Both the position numbers and the translations under genes were made by a program. DNA of 14,578 nucleotides, from assembly GCA_003166335.1 (NCBI GenBank), contig PMWA01000020.1:1-14578 (forward strand), in the 5' to 3' direction. The DNA comes from Methanobacterium sp. (GTDB lineage Archaea; Methanobacteriota; Methanobacteria; Methanobacteriales; Methanobacteriaceae). Below are positions 9,307 through 14,578 of the stretch, one piece after another (positions within the stretch are counted from its first letter, which is position 1; each line of letters begins with the position of its first letter). The notes under the pieces are model-generated. The model did not search any database and was not told where the DNA came from. It was given only the letters and a program-made list of their open reading frames with translations.

Positions 9307-9990
9307 ATGTATCAAGAATTAGGGGAAAAGTTAATTGATATCTTAGAGCTTAAAAATGCTCCTGTGGCTATTAAATGGTCAGTTAGAGAGCCACGGAATA
9401 TTGAGAAGGAAATTGGTAAATCAAGGTTCTGCGCGAAGCTGGGTAAAGCTATGAATGGTGAAATATTCTATTCAACAGTGGAAGAAGAGGAATGCGGTGG
9501 CGGTATGAGGTATTCTGGAATGAAGGATCCTAAGGAATTACCTGCTAACATGCGCAGCGGTTCCTTCCTTATACCAAGAGGAGTTTTTAAGAGTGTACCA
9601 GCTTTTCAACGTGCGGGAACACATAATCCTGCAATGGAACCTGGAATATTTCATGCAGTGATTTTCGCACCCTTGACTAAAGCAGATTTTGATCCTGACG
9701 TTATATTCATTGTATGTGAAGCTAAACGAGGTATGGATTTACTTCATGCTAATGCTTATGATTCAGGTGCCGATGCCCTGGGCGCAGGCGTAGGTCCTAT
9801 ATGCTGTACTATGGCATCTAAACCCTACTTAACGGGGGAAGTTACGTATGGTTTTGCTGATGTAGGATCAAGGAATTTTACGGATATAAAACCTGATGAA
9901 ATAGTGGTAAGCATTCCAGCTCCTGAATTAGAACGTATTGTATCTAATTTAGAGGATATGATGGGTAAAAAATACTTCCAAGAACACTAA
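9307..9990 (+). CDS. DUF169 (COG2043-like) family protein
   Basis: L.L...PVAIK, RFC, C.GG....G, APL..ADFDPDVIFIV, PICC and G..D.GSR......DE..V.IP match my recollection of this family. GGGGT RBS-like sequence upstream. Confidence 0.8.
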   Translation: MYQELGEKLIDILELKNAPVAIKWSVREPRNIEKEIGKSRFCAKLGKAMNGEIFYSTVEEEECGGGMRYSGMKDPKELPANMRSGSFLIPRGVFKSVPAFQRAGTHNPAMEPGIFHAVIFAPLTKADFDPDVIFIVCEAKRGMDLLHANAYDSGADALGAGVGPICCTMASKPYLTGEVTYGFADVGSRNFTDIKPDEIVVSIPAPELERIVSNLEDMMGKKYFQEH

Positions 9991-10043
9991 TAAATATTTT
10001 AATTTTTTTTAAATTAGGATCTATGTGATTTTAGTTTAAACTT

Positions 10044-10496
10044 TTACTTTGGGTTTTGATAATAATCTATTACTTGTCCATTATTAGCATTCACGTCTAC
10101 ATAACCCATTAATTGCCCAGTATCATTATTTACAATAGTTATTACATATTCTAACTGATTAGGGTTCGATCCATACATTTCTAATTCAACTGAACCCGGA
10201 TTATGTCCAACAGAGAGTGGAAATTTAATTAATCCCTCATGAGCTGTTGCATATTGTATTGCTATGTTTATAGCTTCGTTTTCACTGATTGTAGCTCCTG
10301 AATTGTTGTTTGTAGTTGTCTGGTTTATAGTTTGATTTGGAGTTATATTAGTCGTATTATTTGTTATTGTAGGATGATTCACATTCCCATAATAGATATA
10401 TCCCACCGCCACAGCTAATGACACCGTTAAGATTACTATTATTATATACAATAGCATGTTAGGTGATGATTGTTTCATTTGAATTGCTTTAAGCAT
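10044..10496 (-). CDS. Membrane-anchored PepSY-domain surface protein
   Basis: N-terminal hydrophobic helix (LLYIIIVILTVSLAVAVGYIYY), Asn/Thr-rich linker, then ISENEAINIA...YVITI...VDVNANNGQVI. The start could be 10478 or later. Confidence 0.7.
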   Translation of the reverse strand: MLKAIQMKQSSPNMLLYIIIVILTVSLAVAVGYIYYGNVNHPTITNNTTNITPNQTINQTTTNNNSGATISENEAINIAIQYATAHEGLIKFPLSVGHNPGSVELEMYGSNPNQLEYVITIVNNDTGQLMGYVDVNANNGQVIDYYQNPK

Positions 10497-10726
10497 TTTT
10501 AAGAGATCTCTGATTTTATTTATATTTTATACTTTCAATTAGAATAAATATTACTTTCCCGTATTAACTATGGAAATTAAATTTGCTTAAAAGTGAAAAA
10601 TTATTAAATTTAACTATAAATTTATAAAATTTAATTTGAATATAATACTATATAGACATGATCAAAAAATAATTCACGTTTACCCTGAAATAATAGGTAT
10701 ATTTTATTTAATGAGTTGATAATTTT

Positions 10727-11194
10727 ATGGTGGATTTTATTCTAGCTTCTAATTGGAGTTATAAAGTGCGATCTGTTGTTTATAATTTAGTTAAAAAGAT
10801 TGCTGATAAAAAGGCTGTAGATGCATTGATCCCTATTCTCCGGGAAAATGAGGATGCTGCACGTTTTTATGAACCATTAACTTCTTGGATAATTGGTAGT
10901 CCGCAGTCTGTAGAAGTACTTGCTTATGCTTCCAATGATAAAGATTATTTTGTACGTTATATGGCTGCTAAAGCTTTAGTTAATATTGGTAGTGCTCCTG
11001 CCATTAATGCTTTGATTAATGCTTTAGAAAATGGTGATGATTCCATGCGTGAAATTGCAGCCAATGTTTTAGGTGATTCAAAGGATAAATGTGTAATATC
11101 CGTGCTGGTTAATGCTGAACAAGACAGTAATAAAACAGTGCGAAATGCTGCGGAAAAATCTTTAAGGAAGATGAAATATAACAGATTAGATTGA
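10727..11194 (+). CDS. HEAT-repeat (PBS lyase HEAT-like) protein
   Basis: Repeated units D.D..VR..AA.AL..IG...AI.ALI.AL, MRE.AA.VLG and D....VRNAA.KSL. GAGTTGAT RBS-like sequence and an in-frame TGA at 10712-10714 fix the start. Confidence 0.88.
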   Translation: MVDFILASNWSYKVRSVVYNLVKKIADKKAVDALIPILRENEDAARFYEPLTSWIIGSPQSVEVLAYASNDKDYFVRYMAAKALVNIGSAPAINALINALENGDDSMREIAANVLGDSKDKCVISVLVNAEQDSNKTVRNAAEKSLRKMKYNRLD

Positions 11195-11235
11195 TCTTTT
11201 GATGTGAAATAGATATTATTTTGGAGGTTTTAAAA

Positions 11236-11940
11236 ATGGAAAATAGTGGGAGATCTCACATAGATAATTGGGTTGATTTTAAACAAGAACTTACAGTTTT
11301 TATATGGGATTGTTTTAATTCTATTAAATCAGAGGGTGAACTTGATTCTGACAGAATATATGATGTTAAATCTTCTATTGAAAACTTAATTGATTTCTTT
11401 GATTATAAGGTTATTAATTATGAAGAATTTAGGCAGTGGCTGAAATATTTGAAGTTCCTGGATTCTGGGGAGTTTAAGGATATTTCAATATTTGAAGAAA
11501 ATTTTAATAAATTCATAAAAATGGAATGTCACTTGGATTATGAAGATACTCTTAAGAATATGGATGAAAGTGAGCTTAGAACGGAAATTAAAAGTTTTAT
11601 TTTGGATTATGAATTTCTTCCTATTAAATCTGTCTCCTTTACTTCTAAAGAAAGAGATAAAGCTAATATATTAATGGAAGCTACTATTGCACAGATACAA
11701 ATTCATTTAGATTCATTGGATACTCTCAAAACTCATGATAATTCGGAAGGAAAAGCTGAAAATAAGCATTTCTGGGAGAATGTTAAACCACGAATACAAA
11801 GAGAAGTTGATTCATTATATATGCTACGTTGTTATGCAGATGATCTTCAGAATACTATTAAGAAATTATATGATAATGAAGATGATATTCCTGAGAAGTT
11901 TCGTGATTGGAGATTAAACATAGTACTCAAACTAGAGTGA
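11236..11940 (+). CDS. Hypothetical acidic, probably helical protein (234 aa)
   Basis: Long ORF with GGAGGT RBS (11223-11228) before ATG 11236; the ORF-track TTG 11221 overlaps that RBS. No motif recognised. Confidence 0.8.
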   Translation: MENSGRSHIDNWVDFKQELTVFIWDCFNSIKSEGELDSDRIYDVKSSIENLIDFFDYKVINYEEFRQWLKYLKFLDSGEFKDISIFEENFNKFIKMECHLDYEDTLKNMDESELRTEIKSFILDYEFLPIKSVSFTSKERDKANILMEATIAQIQIHLDSLDTLKTHDNSEGKAENKHFWENVKPRIQREVDSLYMLRCYADDLQNTIKKLYDNEDDIPEKFRDWRLNIVLKLE

Positions 11941-12052
11941 ATAACGATTTTAGAAATTTGAAAAAAAATAGAGTATTTGATAAAATGTTAAAATAAGGTT
12001 TGACCATTTATTATAGGAAATAGAATACATTAAAGAGAAGGATTAAGTCTTG

Positions 12053-13000
12053 TTATATTTCTTCATATAATTGTGATAGTATCAGCGCTAAAGTGATTAT
12101 ATCCTGCTGATTATGTTCCACTATGGGTATTAAAGGGCCTATGTTGCCTGTTTGGAGATATGTTTTATAAAATTCAGGTACTAGACTGCTCGGAACATCA
12201 TTAATTCTATTCATTTTGAAAAGATGCTTCTCAATAGTTTGAAGACGACAATTAGGAAGCAATCCGCCCCAAATGCGTCGGGAGAAGTGAAGTAAATCCA
12301 GATGACAGTTATTAAGGTTTGCATTTACACTGTAATGATGTAATCTTCCTCGTATAAATGGCATGTCAAAGCTTCTGCCGTTGAAGGATACAAATGTGGT
12401 ATCATCATCAACATCTGATAAAAAACTGTTTAATAATGCTTTTTCATCATCTAAATCTGTTAATAAATACTGTTTAACTTTTATATTATTATCATTAACT
12501 CTACCCATTCCCATTAGGATTACAGGTAAGTCTTTAAGTCCTAAGGTTTCTATATCAAAAAAGAGATAGTTACTATTCTCTTTTAGACAGGATGATAATA
12601 GGATATGAGGATGTGATTTTGAATAACGATTAGTTATGTAATTTGTTAGGGAATCCGGGGATTCTTGGATTACATCTAACAATTCTAAGGCTTTCTGTGA
12701 AAATTGAGGATGATCTGTTAAGTCATTTATCGTGCAATATCCATTATTATTTAATAATTCTTCTTTTACTGTTCCAATTCCTGGAATTAATTTCTTATCC
12801 ATTAAAATCTGTGATAAAGCTTTTTTTTTATCAATGGTTTTCATTTTTATTTTTACGTTTTCTTCAATCTTGTAACAATATCCATTATTTGTTTTAAAAT
12901 TATCTCCTTTGAAAACTTCATCTAATTCTTTTCCTTCATGCTTTTTTAGTAAATTTACTTGTAATTTATAAGCTTCAATTATTTCATTTGCTTGTGACAT
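12053..13000 (-). CDS. YprB/MrfB-like RNase H-fold (RNase_H_2) DEDD exonuclease with a helix-hairpin-helix motif
   Basis: HhH-like LIPGIG...E..L...GY.TI.DL; FFDIETLGL; FNGRSFDMPFI; HLDLLH..RR.W; L.T.EK.L....R.NDVP; HN.QD. GGTGA RBS upstream. Confidence 0.88.
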   Translation of the reverse strand: MSQANEIIEAYKLQVNLLKKHEGKELDEVFKGDNFKTNNGYCYKIEENVKIKMKTIDKKKALSQILMDKKLIPGIGTVKEELLNNNGYCTINDLTDHPQFSQKALELLDVIQESPDSLTNYITNRYSKSHPHILLSSCLKENSNYLFFDIETLGLKDLPVILMGMGRVNDNNIKVKQYLLTDLDDEKALLNSFLSDVDDDTTFVSFNGRSFDMPFIRGRLHHYSVNANLNNCHLDLLHFSRRIWGGLLPNCRLQTIEKHLFKMNRINDVPSSLVPEFYKTYLQTGNIGPLIPIVEHNQQDIITLALILSQLYEEI

Positions 13001-13565
13001 TATTCACCATCCACTATGTGGATCATCAGTTTAATATATTAATATTAATTTCTAAGTAAAATTAATGCTATTATCGTGATTTTGAACACATTATAAGCTT
13101 ATTAATCACTTATATGAAAAAAACCTATCTTTTAATTATAATAATTGAATCAATCAATCAAATGATGAAAAAATTTAAAATAAATTAACTTAGATTATAA
13201 ATGTGTTTTAATTATTTTAAATCTACTCTTATTTATTAAATAAATAATTAGTTTTTTATATAATTTAGTATAATATTTTCAATATTACTTATATTGTTAC
13301 ATTATTTACAATGACTTAAACCATAGGATTCTAGAATTTAATCTATTTAATTAAATTATTAAATTATTTTTTAAGTTAAATCTTTTTTTTTATAATTGAG
13401 AAGTATAAAAAAAAGGAATTAGTACGTTAAAAAAGATAGTAATGTAAAAAAAATATTTTACTAATATCTAACCGTTATATATTAGTATTCATGTTATCCA
13501 ACTTTTAATAATTATATAAATTTTTCATATGAATTAAAAATTATATTATTTTTTAGAGGATTTAA

Positions 13566-14471
13566 ATGCAGATTAAACGTATGGAAAATGAATATCTTGA
13601 TGAAATCATCTGGATAGATGAATTAATATTTAAACGTCCCGAACCAAGGTCCATTGCAAATTTAAAGGCACTTAGAATGTCAGATCCCGATGGATGTTTC
13701 GTTTTAATGGATGGACATAGAATCGTAGGGTTCAATTACTCTAAAACCATGGGCACTGAAGGATATTTAGGACCCCTAGGAATACTTGACAAGTATCAAA
13801 ACCAAGGTTTTGGGAAAGCCTTAATATTTAAAACTATTGAATATCTCCGAAAAAACTGTAAAGTTATTGGACTTGAAGCTTTGCCTGAGAAAGGTAATTT
13901 AATAGGATTTTATCAAAAAATAGGATTTATCTCAGGATTTCCTTCATATTTATTCCAAATTTCAGAAGGATTTAAACTTAAAAAAGCTTATTTTGACGAT
14001 TTTCAAATCACAAATGCCTGTGAAATGACTTCTTCTAAATATTTAAAGGTTTTAGATGAAGTTGAAAAATGGACACGAAATTATAATCAAGTTAGTTATA
14101 AAAAGGATTTAATCGCTACCCGGGAATTGGAGGGAGATTTATTTATTGCATTTAATGGAGATGAACCAGTTGGATTTTTAGGTTATTCTAAAACACTCCT
14201 GCCCACTCTATGGGGCACTGTTAATAGTAATCTACCTGATTATAATAAACAAAAAAATATAATGAAAGGACTTATAACTTATTTCAATGAAGTGAATGGA
14301 TTTAAGGATGTTATTTTACAAATGAATTCTAGACACCGGGTTATGGTGGATATAATAATAGAAATGGGATTTAAATTCCGTAGGAGTGTTAATAGGATGT
14401 ATTTAACTGGTTTTGAAGGAGATCATCTTAAAAAAAGTGATGAATTGATTATGAGACCGTGGAGAGGATAA
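13566..14471 (+). CDS. GNAT-family N-acetyltransferase with a probable second, degenerate GNAT-like domain
   Basis: Acetyl-CoA motif A LGPLGI...YQNQGFGKALI and FYQKIGF. The C-terminal half repeats GNAT-like features (FIAFNGDEPVGF, MGFK). AGAGGA RBS upstream. Confidence 0.88.
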   Translation: MQIKRMENEYLDEIIWIDELIFKRPEPRSIANLKALRMSDPDGCFVLMDGHRIVGFNYSKTMGTEGYLGPLGILDKYQNQGFGKALIFKTIEYLRKNCKVIGLEALPEKGNLIGFYQKIGFISGFPSYLFQISEGFKLKKAYFDDFQITNACEMTSSKYLKVLDEVEKWTRNYNQVSYKKDLIATRELEGDLFIAFNGDEPVGFLGYSKTLLPTLWGTVNSNLPDYNKQKNIMKGLITYFNEVNGFKDVILQMNSRHRVMVDIIIEMGFKFRRSVNRMYLTGFEGDHLKKSDELIMRPWRG

Positions 14472-14498
14472 TTTTGAAAATAATTTAAGAATTATTTT

Positions 14499-14520
14499 GC
14501 GAATTATATAAACTTTATAT
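14499..14520 (+). promoter_or_regulatory. Candidate BRE/TATA promoter of the tRNA gene
   Basis: GCGAATTATATAAACTTTATAT holds two TATA-like boxes (TTATATA, TTTATAT) about 40-55 nt upstream of the mature tRNA start. Which box is used is unknown. Confidence 0.5.
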
Positions 14521-14557
14521 TGTTAAATGTAGAAAGTATAGATATATGATTTCAATG

Positions 14558-14578
14558 GCTCCGGTAGTGTAGTCCGGC
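14558..14578 (+). tRNA. 5' end of a tRNA gene, probably tRNA-Glu; cut off by the window edge
   Basis: Abrupt GC-rich GCTCCGG (acceptor stem 5' strand) TA GTGT AGTCCGGC (D-arm), matching the archaeal tRNA-Glu 5' pattern GCTCCGGTNGTGTAGTCCGGC. The anticodon is not visible. Confidence 0.82.

Noticed and set aside
11192..11238. TGA readthrough (selenocysteine) or fusion of the HEAT gene with the next ORF
   Set aside because: An in-frame TAG follows five codons after the TGA, the next gene is in another frame, and it has its own strong RBS.
11735..11917. 60-aa alternative-frame ORF
   Set aside because: Nested in the same-strand 234-aa gene, with no RBS or motif.
12363..12897. Plus-strand ORFs 12363-12569 and 12643-12897
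   Set aside because: Antisense to the exonuclease; apparent hydrophobicity comes from the reverse complement of A-rich codons.
13382..13415. Long T-run/A-run inverted repeat (similar one at 4865-4883)
   Set aside because: Homopolymer-based dyads are expected by chance in such AT-rich DNA; at most they are generic terminators.
13566..14578. GNAT next to a tRNA as a tRNA-acetylating toxin or part of an integrated island
   Set aside because: At 301 aa with two domains it is unlike AtaT/TacT toxins, and there is no RHH antitoxin. The gene is on the 5' side of the tRNA, with no integrase or duplicated tRNA fragment in the window.

Overview
AT-rich archaeal chromosomal window, most consistent with a Methanobacteriales methanogen (Methanobacterium-like; inferred from gene families, GGTGA/GGAGG ribosome-binding sites and oligo-T terminators). 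From left to right: the 3' end of a group II chaperonin (thermosome) gene, a single-domain rhodanese, the HMG-CoA synthase and acetoacetyl-CoA thiolase pair of the mevalonate pathway, a 5-formyl-THF cyclo-ligase-like paralog, and a small hypothetical gene. Next is a minus-strand run of an APC amino-acid permease, msrA, a PaaI thioesterase and a short bacterioferritin-like gene. Then come an amidohydrolase_2 (aromatic-acid decarboxylase-like) gene with foreign-looking codon usage, a DUF169 gene, a membrane-anchored PepSY protein, a HEAT-repeat plus hypothetical pair, a YprB/MrfB-like DEDD exonuclease, a GNAT acetyltransferase, and the first 21 nt of a tRNA gene (probably tRNA-Glu). I see no CRISPR array, integrase, transposase or long repeat array, and I cannot show a new multi-gene system from sequence alone. 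The best leads are (1) a 135-aa bacterioferritin-like protein that keeps the heme-ligand Met but lacks the C-terminal E helix, and (2) the apparently acquired decarboxylase-like gene between the permease and DUF169, bracketed by a 14-bp direct repeat. All family assignments come from motif recognition; no database searches were run.
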